From: the human T2T-CHM13v2.0 reference genome, Homo sapiens
DNA length: 64,000 nt
Reading direction: 5' to 3' (one strand)
Assembly (NCBI RefSeq): GCF_009914755.1
Contig: NC_060925.1
This document shows, piece by piece, positions 34,518 through 62,559 of the stretch. Under the pieces are notes generated by a model. The model did not search any database, was not told where the DNA came from, and saw nothing but the letters and a program-made list of their open reading frames with translations. The position numbers and the translations under genes were made by a program. Within the stretch, counting starts at the first letter, position 1. The number at the start of each line of letters is the position of its first letter.

Positions 34518-35170
34518 GGCTTTGGAACACATTTCAAATAATATAGCTCCTATGAACTTAAATCACTGCTAATAAAGACATCAAGAAGTACAAAAAGCTA
34601 ATATAATACCATTAATGCCACATTTCACACTCATCCTTCAAGACATATTTCAAATGCTACCTCATCAACAAACCCTGGAGTAACTTAGGTGTCACTACTT
34701 CCCACAGCAAGAAGTAATTTTTTCCTTCTCTGCGGCACTAATGGCATTCTAGTTTGTACCATGGTTACCTGTAATTGATCACCTTTATTAGATGGTAAGG
34801 TCCTTGAAAACAGGCAATAAGTCCTATCCAAAGAATGGACAGTCAACAAACATTTGTTGACCATATACCAAGTCTGAGAAAATAAAATGATACAAATTTC
34901 TACCCTTGAAAAAGTTCAGTCTAGTAAAAGATATGTAAACAAATAATAATAAAACAGTCTTATATGGGTTATGAAAGAGGTATGAAAAACCTGTAGTGGG
35001 AGTCACTAACTGCCTGGGTGAATCTGGAAACGGAGCAAAGAAGCCATTACATTCAGCTTTTAAATAAAATCTTTTGAGTAAGAAATGGAGTTTACCAAAT
35101 AGATAAACACGGGGAAGAGAAACCAGGCTACCAGGCAGAAGGAACAGTAACTACAAAAGTATATTTAACA

Positions 35171-36795
<1,625 letters not shown>

Positions 36796-38204
36796 TCCTG
36801 TTATTTCTGATGCTGAGGTAGCTAAGGCACAGCCTGAGTGGGGTGAAGATGCTCTCCCTGACTGCTGACAAGGGAAAAAGAGTTGGGCTCATTTCACTTG
36901 TGGGACTGAAAATTTGCTTCATGCCTTTTCTCTGTCTTTTCTCTGTCCTGTCCCACAGCCTTTACAAGTCACAACATGTGTGCAATAGCCTCAGTTAGGT
37001 CAGATTTGACTGGAATATTGTGAAGCATATATTGTGAACAAAATTAATTTTAAAAAGGACACTTCTATATGAAGAATATATAGTACCTTACTAAAGAGTT
37101 TTTCTACACTTTCCTCATAAATGACCTATTTAGCACTAGTCTAAACACTGCAGAAAGACAAATCTTAGATGAATGACAAATAACTTTCTCAGATACTGAT
37201 CATGGTTGATTTGAGGCAGAGGCCCGTTCAGAAAGCAGGACTCAATGAGTTCAACTTGTTCAGATCACGCGTAAGATACCTGCTGGGGGGAGTTCCAGAA
37301 ACACTTTTAGAGAAACCATGCAGGTGACTTTCTTCCTCTTGGTGTACACAGGGGCTATGAGCCAGCAGAACTGGGCTTTAGCTGCACTTATGACCTCATT
37401 AGTACCGCCTTTCCCCAAAGAATAAAGGTAATGAATGCTTTGGAAAAATATATAAAAGTATAATTTAAAAATCGTCCCTAAATCTCACTATCAGAAATAA
37501 CCCTTATGAATATTTCAGCATACTTCTTTAACAGCCTTTATTCCTGGTATTTTTTTCTTACATATTTGAGATCATGCTATGCTGATACGGTTTTTTGTGA
37601 AGGTGTACATGAAAAAGCTACATTTTAGGTATATCACTTTTTATCCCTTACCCTGATTTAATCACAGTACTCATCAGTATTTGACATATATTTGTTCATT
37701 GCCTATCTTTCTTATACAAACTCTATGAAGACAGGAACTTTGTTTTGTTCACAGCTGTATCCTCAAGGCCTAGCACAAGGTCTGGAAACTAGGAGATGCT
37801 CATATTTGTTGAAAATATGCAAAGAAAAAAGGGACAGAAACTGTCTATTAAGAATCGTCCAAACAAATATAACATTTCTTAGCATAACCAGATGAATAAC
37901 AAGGAATAAGGGAAACCAATTTTAAGGCTCACAAATAATTCCCTGAAAAACAGCTATCTACCAGAAATCTTGACATATGCCACATAACAATGTTTGGTCA
38001 ACAACAGGCTACATATATGATGGTGGCCCAGTAAGATTATAATTGGGCTAAAAAATTCCTATCACCTAATGACTTCATAGCCATCATAATATCCATAGTC
38101 CAATGCATTACTCATGTGTTTGTGGTGATGTTGGTGTAAACAAACCTACTGTGTTGCCAGTCGTATCAAAGTATAGCACACACGATTATGTGGAGTACAC
38201 AATG

Positions 38205-38437
38205 CAGGCTGAGTATCCCTTATCTGAAATGCTTGGGAGAAGGAGTGTTTTGGATTTCAGATTTTTGCAGATTTTGGAATATTTGCACTGTATATGCTTA
38301 TAAGTTGAGTACTCCAAATCCAAAAATCCTGAAACCAAAAATGCTCCAATAAGCATTTCCTTGGAGCATCATATCAGTGCTCAAAAAGGTTTAGATTTTC
38401 AAATTTTAGATTTTTCAGACCTTGGATGCTCAACCCG
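38205..38437. mobile_element. Tigger4a/MER46 (Zombi) MITE nested in Tigger3
   Basis: Inverted ends caggctgagtatcc / ggatgctcaacccg with typical ccaaatccaaaaatc internal motifs. Confidence 0.8.
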
Positions 38438-38532
38438 TATTTGATAATAATAATAAACAACTATGTTACTGGTTTACATATTTACTATACTATAGTTTTT
38501 AATCGTTATTTTATTATTATTTTGTTTGTTAG

Positions 38533-39126
<594 letters not shown>

Positions 39127-40097
39127 AATCGTTATTTTAGTGTTCACCTTCTACTTATACAACAAATAAGTTAATTGAAAAAGAGCCTCAGGCAGGTCCT
39201 TCAGGAGATATACCAGAAGAAGGCATTGTTATCGTAAGAGATGACAGCTTCATGTGTTTGACTGCCCCCAAAGACCTTCCAGGGGGACAAGATGTGGAGG
39301 TGGAAGACAGTGATATTGATGGTCCTGACCCCGTGCAGGCCTAGGCTCATGTTTGTTTGTGTATTAATTTTTTTTCCTTTTTTCTCTTTTGCATCTTACA
39401 TTTAAGAAAAAAGTTTAAAAGTTAAAAAAAAAAAGAAAAAAAAAATTTAAAAGTAGGCAAAGTTTAGATATACAGAAAGAAAATATTTTTGTACAGCTGT
39501 ATAGTGTTTTAAACTAAAGGTTTATTACAAGAGTCAAAAAGTTCAAAAATTTTTTAAAGTTTTAGAAAGTTAAAAAGTTACAGTAAGATAAGGTTAATTT
39601 ATTATTGAAGAAAAATGTTTTTTATAAATTTAGTGTAGTGCAAGTGTACAGTGTTTATAAAGTTTACAACAATGTACAGTGATGTCTTGGGCCTTCACAT
39701 TCACTATTACTTGACTCACTGACTCACCCAGAGCAACTTCCAGCCCCGCAAGCTCCGTTCATGGTTAAGTGTCCTATACAGATGTACCATTTCTATTTTC
39801 TATACTGAATTTTTACTCTATGTTTAGATACATAAATACTTACCATTGCGTTACAACTGCCTACAGTATTCAGTATAGTATTCAAGGCTGTACAAGTTTG
39901 AAGCCTAGGAGCAATAGGCTATATGACGAATAGCCTAGGTTGTGTAGTAAGCTACACCATCCAGGTTGTGTCAGTATACTTTCTGATGTTCCCCTAACCA
40001 CACATTTCTCACATTTTCCCATCATTAAGCAATGCATGACTATACATAAATTCATACCTGCCCATGCACACACATTTTTTTCATTAAAAAATTAAGT

Positions 40098-41984
<1,887 letters not shown>

Positions 41985-42246
41985 TTAGCCTGAGTCATTG
42001 CCTGTAAAAAGGAAAACCTACTGGGTATTTTACTCCTGCTGGAGTCAAAGATGCTCTAGGGAGATCATGAGCTCCCTTCTATATCCTCAGGATGTTATAA
42101 AGATTTAATTAACAGTTGGGAAGTTCTGCATTTTCTGTCAGGAGTTAGTAAAATATTCCACACAAAAAAATTTCTGGCACTTAAACTAATCTCACAATAA
42201 AATGGAAAAATAATTTTTATAAAGTACATGTAGAAAGTAAGTATCC

Positions 42247-43211
<965 letters not shown>

Positions 43212-43869
43212 TATATTTAATATGCTTCTATCCCTATGATAACAAGTATATTTTAGAGGTTGGAGTAGAGTTATATATAACATTTAAGAACAAAAATTTA
43301 CTGGCATGTTTTTATTTATTTTGAAAGCTTAACAATTCCCCTGTTCCGTAGGATCAATCTTTTTGCCTGGTGGAATTCTACCTAGTGGAAGAAAATAATA
43401 AGGGTAGAAGGGTACCAGTAAGGTGGGTAAATGTCTTGTGTTTGTGACTTGGGTATGTAACATCACCTCTCAGAATCTCAGTAGTTTCCAGAAGTTGGGA
43501 TTTTATGAACAAGTAAACTAATTAAATAAATACATTAAAAACCTATATACATATCTCTTTTTCCCCATATAAAGTTTAAAAGATATTTAGGAACCACTGA
43601 CCTGAATGACCTATATAATAATAACTAATTCTCCTTCTCCATATTCTCATAATTAAAAGTTTTCATGTCAAGTGGAATTACATTTAAGAAGACAATGTAG
43701 GAAAAGACTTACGTTGTAACTAAAAACAAAACAAAACAAACAAACCAACATAAATACATAAATAGGGCAAGAACAGGTTTGCCAACTTAACCATAGGAAC
43801 TGAAAAAAACAGTCCATTCTTCATTTCACAAACAAAAGGATTTTAAAAAGAAGAAAAACAAACTTAGCA

Positions 43870-46426
<2,557 letters not shown>

Positions 46427-46980
46427 TACTTGATTTTGGTTTCACCATCTAAAAAAATCTAATTCATCCAAGGAAGGAGTTGTAAGATACACATTTTAAA
46501 ACAAGAATTTTGCATTCTCAGAGTAGTTGACAGCACTTTAAAGCACCAATGCACTCTAATTTGTTAAAATTTGGATAATAATATATACGAATACATATAA
46601 TTAACGAGATGTAGTTCTTAAAAGTTCAAAGACACTTTAAAAATACGTAACTAAAATTTGCCAACTTCCTGAAGACCTCTCTGGAAGTTAGTTTTGTGGA
46701 AGGTAATATGAAATTCTGGCCCACAGGATGTCTAAGGTTTCTTCCAGCTCTAAGTTTGAGGGGAAAAAAAAGAACAATGGAGACACCCCCACACTAATCT
46801 TTATACCGGAAAGAAAGAGGCAGAGAGCTTATTTGAAGAAATAATGGCCAAAACTCCCCAACTTTGAGGGAAGACATGGATATATAAAAAGGTCAACAAA
46901 CTCCACGTAGGATAAACTCAAAAGAGTCCTATGCTGAGTTACATTATAATCAAACTGCTGAAAGACAGAAACAAAGATAG

Positions 46981-47427
<447 letters not shown>

Positions 47428-47548
47428 TGAGAATTCTGTATCTGGTAAACTGTCCTTCACAAACAAGAGAGAAATTAAGATATTCCCAGATAAACAAAAA
47501 CTGAATGGTTCATTACCACTAGACCTACTCTATAAGAAATGCTAAAGG

Positions 47549-48160
<612 letters not shown>

Positions 48161-49194
48161 AAATGCTAAAGGGAGTCATTCAAGTTGAAATGAAAGGATG
48201 TTAGACACCAAATGAAAATATAAAGTTTTCTCTGATAAAGGTAAATATCAACATATGGACAAATATAAAAAATAGTATTACTATAATACTGGCTCACAAC
48301 TCAACTTTAGAAGTAAATTGTGACTTTCAACCACATAAAGTGGGGAGTGGAGCTGTAAAGGAGTGGTTTTGGATCCAACTGAAATTAAATCTTATCAGTT
48401 TAAAATAGACTGTTATAATTGTAGGATGTTTTGTGTAATCTCCATGAAACACAGAGAAAAGAGTAAAAGGAAATGAGGAGGGAATAAAAAATGTCACTAC
48501 AAAAAATCAACTAAACATAAATGAAGACCGTAATAGAGGAAATAAGGGACATAAAACTATAGGACATACAGAAACAAACAGCAAAATGACAATAATAAGT
48601 CCTTCCCTATCAGTAATTACTTTAAATGTGAATGGATTAAACTCTCTAATGAAAAGACACAAACTGGTAGAAAAAAAATGCAAAACACAACTACATGCTG
48701 TATAAGAGAGATTCACTTTAGATCTAAGGACACACATAGTTTGAAAGGGAAAAGATGAAAAAAGATATTTCATGCAAATAGAATATCAAGAAAGCAGAGA
48801 TATCTTAATATCAGAAAAAATAGACTTTAACTCTACAACTGTTACAAGAGACAAAGATGGACATTATACAATAAATAAAGGGTCAATTTACCAATATGAT
48901 GTAACATTTATAAACATACATGCACCAAACATGCTTCTTCAATATATACATTAAACACTGACAGAACTGAAGGGAGAAACAGACAGCTCTACAGTAACAG
49001 TTGGAGACTTCAATATCTCACTTTCAATAAGGAGAGAGAGGACTTGAACAACACTTTAGATCAACTGGACCTAACAGATATATACAGAACACTCCACCCA
49101 ACAATAGCAGAATACACATTTTCTCAAGTACATATCTAATGTTCTCCAAGACAGAACATACTTTAGGCCATAGAACAACTCTTAATGAATTTTA

Positions 49195-49557
<363 letters not shown>

Positions 49558-50196
49558 CTAAAAATTAACAGCAGAAGCAAAACTAGACGACCTACAAATA
49601 GGTGGAAATTAAATATCACGCTCAACCAATTGGTCAAAGAAAAATCACAAAGAAAATTAGAAAATATCTTGAAACAAATGAAAATGGAAACACAGCATTA
49701 CCAAAACTAACGGGATATAGCAGCAAAAGCTGTGCTGAGATAAACTTCTAACTATAAATACTTAAAAAAGAAGAGCTCAAATCAACAACCTAACTTTACA
49801 CTGTAAAGGACCTAAAAAAAGAAAAGCAAGCTAAACTCAAAGCTAGCAGAAAGAAATGAATAATAAAAATTGGAGCAGAGACAACACAGAGAATAGAAAA
49901 ATAGAGAAAATCAATAGAACCAAGAGTTTGTTCTTTGAAAAGATCAACAAAATTGACATTCCTAGATGGGCTAAGAAAACAAGACTCAATAACTAAAATC
50001 AGAAATGAAAGAGGAGACATTACTAGTAATTTCACAGAAATAAAAAGGATTGTTAACACAGTGCTATGAACAATTATACATCAACAAACTGAATAATATA
50101 AATGAGAAGAACAAATTCTGAGAAACACAAGTCATGGAGACTGAATCACAAAAACAAAGAAAATCTGAATTGACTCATAACTAATAAAGAGATTGA

Positions 50197-50553
<357 letters not shown>

Positions 50554-51285
50554 TGAACTCCTGACCTCAAGTGATCCACCCGCCTCAGCCTCCCAAAGTG
50601 CTGGGATTACAGGCGTGAGCCACTGTGCCCGGCCACCATTATTTTTAAAATTAACAAAACAAAACACCTCCCAACAAAGAAAAGCTCACGATTACATGAC
50701 TTCACGGGTGAATTCTACCAAACATTTAAAGTATAATCAAAACCAGTCTCCCTCAAACTCTTCCAAAAAATTGAAGAGGCAGGAACAATTCCATACTCAT
50801 TCTGTGAAGCCAGTATTACTCTGCTATCAAAGCCAGATGAAGACATATAGATGAGAAAAGAAAACTATAGATCAATATCCTTTATGAATATTTTTGTAAA
50901 AATCCTCAACAGAATTCAACAGCACATTAAAGGGATTATACACCATGTCCAAGTGGGATTTATTCCTGGAATATAAGAATGGTTCAACATACAAAAATCA
51001 TTCAATGTAATACACCACATTAACAGAATGAGGGGAAAAATACAACACCAATCATTTCAATGGATGCAAAAAAAGTATTTGACAGAATTCAAAACCCTTT
51101 CATGATAAAAACACTCAACAAGCTAAGAACAGAAGGAAAACTACCTCAACTTAATAAAGGCTATATATGAAAAGCCAACAGTGAATATCACATTCAATCT
51201 TGAGAGGCTGAAACCATTTCTCTACAATAAGGAACAAGACAAGGATGCGTGCTCTTACCATTTCTACCACTTCTATTCAATATAG

Positions 51286-51633
51286 CAGCAGTTCTCAACC
51301 TTTCTGGCACCAGGGACCGGTTTTGTGGAAGACAATTTTTTTAGGACTTGGGGGTGGGATGAGGGGAATGATTTCAGGATGAAACTGTTCCACCTCAGAT
51401 CATCAGGTGTTAGATTCTCATAAGGAGTGCACAACCTAGATCCCTCACATGTGCAGTTCACAATAAGGTTCAAGCTCCTATGAGAATCTAATGCTGCTGC
51501 TGATCTGACAGGAAGCGGAGCTCAGGCATTAGGTACTGCTCACTTGCCCATCACTCACCTCCTCCTGTGCAGCCTGGTTCCTAACAGGCCACAGACTGGT
51601 ACTGGTCCGTGGCCCAGGGTTTGGGGATCCCTG
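51286..51633 (-). mobile_element. MER1B (hAT-Charlie MITE) inserted in the old L1
   Basis: Terminal inverted repeats cagcagttctcaacc / ggtttggggatccctg. Perfect 8-bp TSD caatatag (51278-51285 and 51634-51641). Confidence 0.9.
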
Positions 51634-52179
51634 CAATATAGTAGTGGAAGTCCTAGCCAAAGCACTTAGGCAAGAAAAAGAAATAAAAGGCATCCAGATT
51701 CAAAACAAAGAAATAAAATCTGTTTGCAAATAACATGCTCTTATATGTAGAAAACCCTAAAGATTCCACCAAAAAACAATTAGAACTAATAGTTGAATTT
51801 GGCACAGTAGCAGGATACAAAAATCAACATATGAAAATCAGTCATATTTCTATATACCAACAATGAACAATCTGGAAAGGAAATTAAGAAAACAATTCCA
51901 TTTACAACAGCATCAAAAAGAATGAAATACTTGGGAATTAACCAAGGAGGACTTGTATACTGACAATACAATACATTCTGAAAGAAATTAAAGACACAAA
52001 CAAATGGAAAGACATCCCATGTTCACAGATTAGAAGACTTAATATTTTTAAGTTGGTAATATTACCCAAAGATATCTACAGATTCAATGCAATCCCTATC
52101 AAAAATCCTAATGACTTTTTCTTTTGGCAGAAATAGAAAAATTCATCCTAAAATTCATATGGAATCTCAAGGAACCTGA

Positions 52180-52597
<418 letters not shown>

Positions 52598-54566
52598 TGA
52601 TTTCAAATCTTATTTCAAAGCTATAGTAATTAAAACAGTGAGGAACTGCATAAATACAAACCATATAGATCAATGGAACAGAATACAGAATCCAGAAATA
52701 AACCCTCACATATATGGTCAAATGATTTTCAAGAAACGTGCCAAGAACAAACAATGGAAAAAGGACGGTCTTCACAAGAAAAGATGATGGGAAAACTGAA
52801 TATCCACATGCAAATGAATGAAGTTGGACTCTTACCTCACACAATATACAAAAATTAACTCAAAATGGATTAAATACCTAAATGTAAGAGCTAAAACTAT
52901 AAAACTTATCGGGGAAATGCTTCCTGATATTGGATTTAGCAACGCTTTCTTGGTTATAACACTAAAAGCAAAGGCAACAACAACACAATAGATAAAATGA
53001 GCTACATCAAAATTAAAAACTTTTGTTCACCAACGGACAGTACTAACAGAATGAAAAGGTAACCCACAGGATGGGAGAAAATATTTGCAAATCATTTATC
53101 TGATAAGGGGTTAATATCTAGGATATATAAAAAATTCAACAAAAACAACCTGATTTAGAAATGGGCAGAGGACTTGAATAGGTATTTCTCCATAGAAGAT
53201 ATACAAATAGCCAATAAGCATATAAAAAAAGGCACTACATACTAATCATTAGGGAAATACAAATCAAAGCAATAAGATACCACTTCACACCCATTAGGAT
53301 GCCTATAAAACAGAAAGTAGTAAGGGTTGGCAAAGATGTGGAAATACTGGAACCACTGTGAATTGTTGGCTGGTGTATAAAATGGTATGGCTGCTGTGGA
53401 GAATAGTATGATCATTTCTCAAAAAACTAAAAACAGCATTACCATATGATCCAGCAATTCTACTTTTAGAATTATACCCAAAAGAACTGAAAGCAGGGAC
53501 TCAGATATCTGTACCCTCACATTCACAGTAGCATTATGCACACAAACAAAATGTGACGGCAACTAAGTGTCCATTAATGAATGAACAAATAAACAAAATG
53601 CAGTATATACATATAATAGAATATTATCAAGTCTGAAAAAGGTAAAAAATTCAATACATTATACCATATGGATGAACCTTGAGGACATTATGGTAAATGA
53701 AATAAGTCAATCACCAAAATATGAATTTTTTTTATGATTCCACTTATATGAAGTATGCAGAGTAGTAATGATGGTTGTTAGGGTTTGGTGAGAGGGAGGA
53801 TAGGGAGTTATTATTTAATGGATACAGAATTTCAGTTCTGGAATATGAAAAAAGTTCTTGAGATGGATGGTGGTGATGATTGCACAACAATGTGAATGTA
53901 CTTAATGCTCGTGAACTGTACATTTAAAAAAGGTTAAAATGCCAAACTTTATGTTATGTATATTTTACCACAATTTAAAAAAACTACTTATCATAACAAA
54001 ATAAATAATGTCTACCCACTAGACTCCCATTACATGTTCTCTGAGAAGAGCAGCTGGCTCATTTTTTCATTCAATAACATACGCCCAGGCATATTTTCAG
54101 GTTCTTGGGTTATATCAGTGAAAACAAAGATCTCAATTCCTTCTGGAGCTTAATTTCTAATAGGATGAAAAGGAAACAGATAAGAGAAAAGTAAAGTAAT
54201 TTATATAATAAGATGGAAAGTAAGTGACAATGAAAGAAGAAAAGTAGAGAATAGTAATGTGGGAGCACTGAGCTGGGTAGTGGTACTTGTAAATGTCAGA
54301 CAGAGTGGCCTGAATAAGCTTCACTGAGAAGGTGATATCTGAATTAAGATTTGTCAGCGGTCAGCAGCATTTGCGGTTCAAGAAAATCCGCTGTTCTGCA
54401 GCCACCGCTGCTGATACCCAGGCAAACAGGGTCTGGAGTGGACCTCTAGCAAACTCCAACAGACCTGCAGCTGAGGGTCCTGTCTGTTAGAAGGAAAACT
54501 AACAAACAGAAAGGACATCCACACCAAAAACTCATCTGTACATCACCATCATCAAAGACCAAAAGT

Positions 54567-55292
54567 CGAGAACTACGTGAAGAATGCAGAAGCCTCAGCA
54601 GCCAATGCGATCAACTGGAAGAAAGGGTATCAGTGATGGAAGATGAAATGAATGAAATGAAGCAAGAAGGGAAGTTTAGAGAAAAAAGAATAAAAAGAAA
54701 CGAACAAAGCCTCCAAGAAATATGGGACTATGTGAAAAGACCAAATCTACATCTGATTGGTGTACCTGAAAGTGACAGGGAGAATGGAACCAAGTTGGAA
54801 AACACTCTGCAGGATATTATCCAGGAGAACTTCCCCAATCTAGCAAGGCAGGCCAACATTCAGATTCAGGAAATACAGAGAACGACACAAAGATACTCCT
54901 CGAGAAGAGCAACTCCAAGACACTTAATTATCAGATTCACCAAAGTTGAAATGAAGGAAAAAAGGTTAAGGGCAGCCAGAGAGAAAGGTCGGGTTACCCA
55001 CAAAGGGAAGCCCATCAGACTAACAGCGGATCTCTTGGCAGAAACTCCACAAGCCAGAAGAGAGTGGGGGCCAATGTTCAACATTCTTAAAGAAAAGAAT
55101 TTTCAACCCAGAATTTCATATCCAGCCAAACTAAGCTTCATAAGTGAAGGAGAAATAAAATACTTTACAGACAAGCAAATGCTGAGAGATTTTGTCACCA
55201 CCAGACCTGCCCTAAAAGAGCTCCTGAAGGAAGCACTAAACATGGAAAGGAACAACCAGTACCAGCCACTGCAAAATCATGCCAAATTGTAA
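54567..55292 (+). pseudogene. L1 ORF1p remnant (from about residue 98 to the C-terminus)
   Basis: ORF 54633..55292 contains the RRM/CTD motifs (RPNLHLIG, AREKG, YPAKLS). The native start is deleted. Confidence 0.9.
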
Positions 55293-55340
55293 AGACCATC
55301 GAGACTAGGAAGAAACTGCATCAACTAATGAGCAAAATAA

Positions 55341-59173
<3,833 letters not shown>

Positions 59174-61145
59174 ACAATGAGAACACATGGACACAGGAAG
59201 GGGAACATCACACACCATGGCCTTTCGTGGGTTGGGGGGAAGGGGGAGGGATAGCATTAGGAGATATACCTAATGCTAAATGACGAGTTAATGGGTGCAG
59301 CACACCAGCATGGCACATGTATACATATGTAACTAACCTGCACATTGTGCACATGTACCCTAAAACTTTAATAAAATAAAATAAAATAAAATAAAATAAA
59401 ATAAAATAAAATAAAAGATTTGTCAGAGGTAGTAGAGATTATCATGTGAACATACGGAGAAGGATCATCCCAGGAAGAGGGAACAGCTAGTGCAAAGGGC
59501 CAAAGAACATGGGTCTGTTGTTTGAGCAGCAGCAAGAAGACCAGTGTGGCTGGAGCAGAGTGAGTAATGGGAATAATGATGAGATATTGTTAGAAAAGTG
59601 CAGGCCACTGTAAGGCTTTTACTGGATATAATTTGAAGGTAGAGTCAATAAGATTTCCTGACAGATTAGAGACAGAGGAAGAGCAAAAGAAGAACCAAGG
59701 ATGATTCTAAGATTTTAGGCCTGGACAACATTAAAGATGAACCATGAAGATGTCGAAGGTGCCAAGAAAAGCAGGTTTAGGAAGGAAAAATAGCTGCTTT
59801 GTGTTAGACTTATGCATTAGATATATCTATCAGACATTCAAGTGGAGATGCCAAATAAATAGCTGGAAAAATGAGCCTGGGGTTCAGGAAAGAGATGTGA
59901 CTAGAGATATAGATCAGTGTATCAGTAGTATTTGAAGCCACAGATGAGTTCCCCCAAGGGAGTACAGATAAAAAAGAAAAGAGGTCCAAGGACTAAGACT
60001 TGGGACAACACAATATTAAGAGGTTGAGAAAAAGAGGAAATATCAACAAAGGAGATTAAAGAAAGAATGACCAAAGAGGCAGGTGGAAAACCAGAGACCT
60101 CATTTGAATTGGATACATCTAATACTACTACTTTAACCTTCTGAAAACTGTTTCATCTCTCCATGCCTGGATTTTCCTTGTCTGTATAATAAACATAATA
60201 CAAATAATCTAACGTAGTTGTTGTGAGAATTAAATGGGACCAAGTAGAGAAAAATGATTAGCATGTTGACTGCTGGAACTCTGCAAGTGTTCAATAAATA
60301 GTAGCCATTATTATTACAATTAATGATAAATCTTTGCACCCTCCTAGGCTATTATCATCATTTATTCTACCACTTTACAGGAAATGAATTAGGAACTGGA
60401 ATTTAAGCAGAAGATCAACAGAGGTATTAGAAATCTTTAATGTAACACTGTAACCTACCACTTCAGCCTTGACTATTCCTCTATCTTGCAAAAAAAAGAG
60501 AAATAGCTCTTGCAAAAATGTGTTAGTTTTTCCTTGAATATGCCCTATATGTTCTGCCTCCATTCCTTGTTCACATTGTTCTTTTTGCTCCACATAATCT
60601 CTTTCCATATTTACCTGCTAAAATACTAGCCCATGCTTTCAAGGCATACCACAAAAGCCACATTCCACTTTGATATCATTAATGATTTATCCTTAACGTG
60701 ATCTCCCCTTCCTTTAATCTCTGCTGGTTTAATTAACTCTTATGGCACTTACCATTTCCTTGGTGTGGGCAATCATAAACGTATTAACCTTTCATTTTAT
60801 TCTCTTAGGTTATCCTTTTTAATTCTATAGTACCCCTAGCAATATAATCAGCTTAATAATGAGGGTATAAAAAGAGCACATGTACTTAAAAAATATGTAA
60901 TTTAACCACTGTTAATACAATAAGCCTTTTAGAAGTCTCACTTGCTCTCATTCTAAGTTTCTGTTTAAATCAATATCCAGCCTACATTAAATCTTATTTT
61001 CTACATATCTCCTTTTTGTATTCCTCACTCTTGCTACTCATGTTGGGAGTTAATTTCCAACCCGAAAACAATGCACTCTGCTAAATCTCATCTTGTTACA
61101 ATTTGTTCATTATAAGAAACCCAACCTGTTTTTTAGAGCCAGCCT

Positions 61146-61422
61146 TTTTTTTTGGAGACAGAGTCTCACTCTGTTGCCCAGGCTGGCGTGCAATGGCACA
61201 ATCTCAGCTCATTGCAACCTCCGCCTTCTGGCAATTCTCCTGCCTCAGCCTCCCAAGTAGCTGGGATTATAGGCACCCACCACCATACCTGGCTAATTTT
61301 TGCATTTTTAGTGGAGACGGGGTTTCACCATGTTGGCCAGGCTGGTCTCGACCTCAAGTGATCTACCTGCCTTGGTTTCCCAAAATGCTGGGATTACAGG
61401 CGTGAGCCACCGGGCCCAGGCT
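61146..61422 (-). mobile_element. Alu
   Basis: Antisense Alu with small deletions. Confidence 0.88.
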
Positions 61423-62300
61423 CCTGTAAAGGCATTTCTACTATTCTTTTTCTATGTTCATAATCCTTAATTAGTCACAATTAATACATCTGTATACTGA
61501 ACAACTCACTCTGTATTCACCTAGAAAAATAAAGCGATCTATTTTCAGCATAATATTAGAGTATTTACACATTTGAGTTTACTTTCCTCAAATTTTCTGC
61601 TCTCCCATCCCAAATGATAGCTGGTCTGTTTATCTGTTTTGTTTTAAATGAACAGTAGAAAAGAAGCAGAGTTACTTTGTTGAAAAAGCTTTTTGTCAGA
61701 CCTAATATTGAATCTTGGCTTTACCTGGTTCAAATCTATTAAACTGTACGATCTTGATGAACACTGCTTAATATTCTGGTCCTCAGTTTATGTTTAAAAT
61801 GAGATTACTATTTAAAAAGTTATTAAAAGAATAAATAAAAAATTTTATACCATAAATGAAGTATGAAGACTGGATGCTAAAATAACATTTAGCTTTTCTC
61901 TGTATTATTAACAGAACCCATTTGTATTTGTAAAGCAATTTTCATTTTCTACTGGAAGCCACTAATCTTTTAACTTAGACCAAGATCCGTAACAGTCAAT
62001 GCTGACTTTGAAGCTGCCAAGCAACACAGCATTTTATAAAGCAAAACATTTTTATTGGTTTACTGATACTGGGTAGAGTTCATATTCTAGTGTAATATTC
62101 AACATGAATAATAAATGAAAGAATGAAAGATAAGTAGAAAGTGATATACAAATGCTTATTATTGGTAAATTACTATTGGATATAATTATGCAATAATTTT
62201 AAAGCTATAAATAACAGGACAAATATATTTAGAGACAAAGAAAAAAGAATCTTAAAAAAAATGTTTAATGTTCAATGAAGTTGATAAATTATTTATTTAC

Positions 62301-62367
62301 CTGAATCGCTTGCTGCAACAACTGTTCCACCAGGAGCAAAAGGATCATTGTGCTTCAACGTTTCTAC
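62301..62367 (-). CDS. EPS15: EPS15 coding exon (fifth from last, ~exon 21), 67 nt: VETLKHNDPFAPGGTVVAASDS+G
   Basis: Minus-strand tttAG acceptor (plus ct 62368-62369) and GTAAAT donor (plus atttac 62295-62300). Phase 0 to 1. Joins the next exon as G+CC=Ala. Contains a DPF motif and matches the EPS15 C-terminal region. Confidence 0.95.
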
Positions 62368-62559
62368 CTAAACAAAGCATACAAAACCATGAATGAGAGA
62401 GGCAACACTTCACAGCTGAAACCTCATCACCACTCCAAAGAATATATTCTTTACAAATTCTTAATTAATTAAGGAATATAGACATTAGGAACAAATGTTT
62501 CCCCATAGTGATCTGCAATCTTACTAACTGGAAATAATACATATTATTTTCTAATCTTA

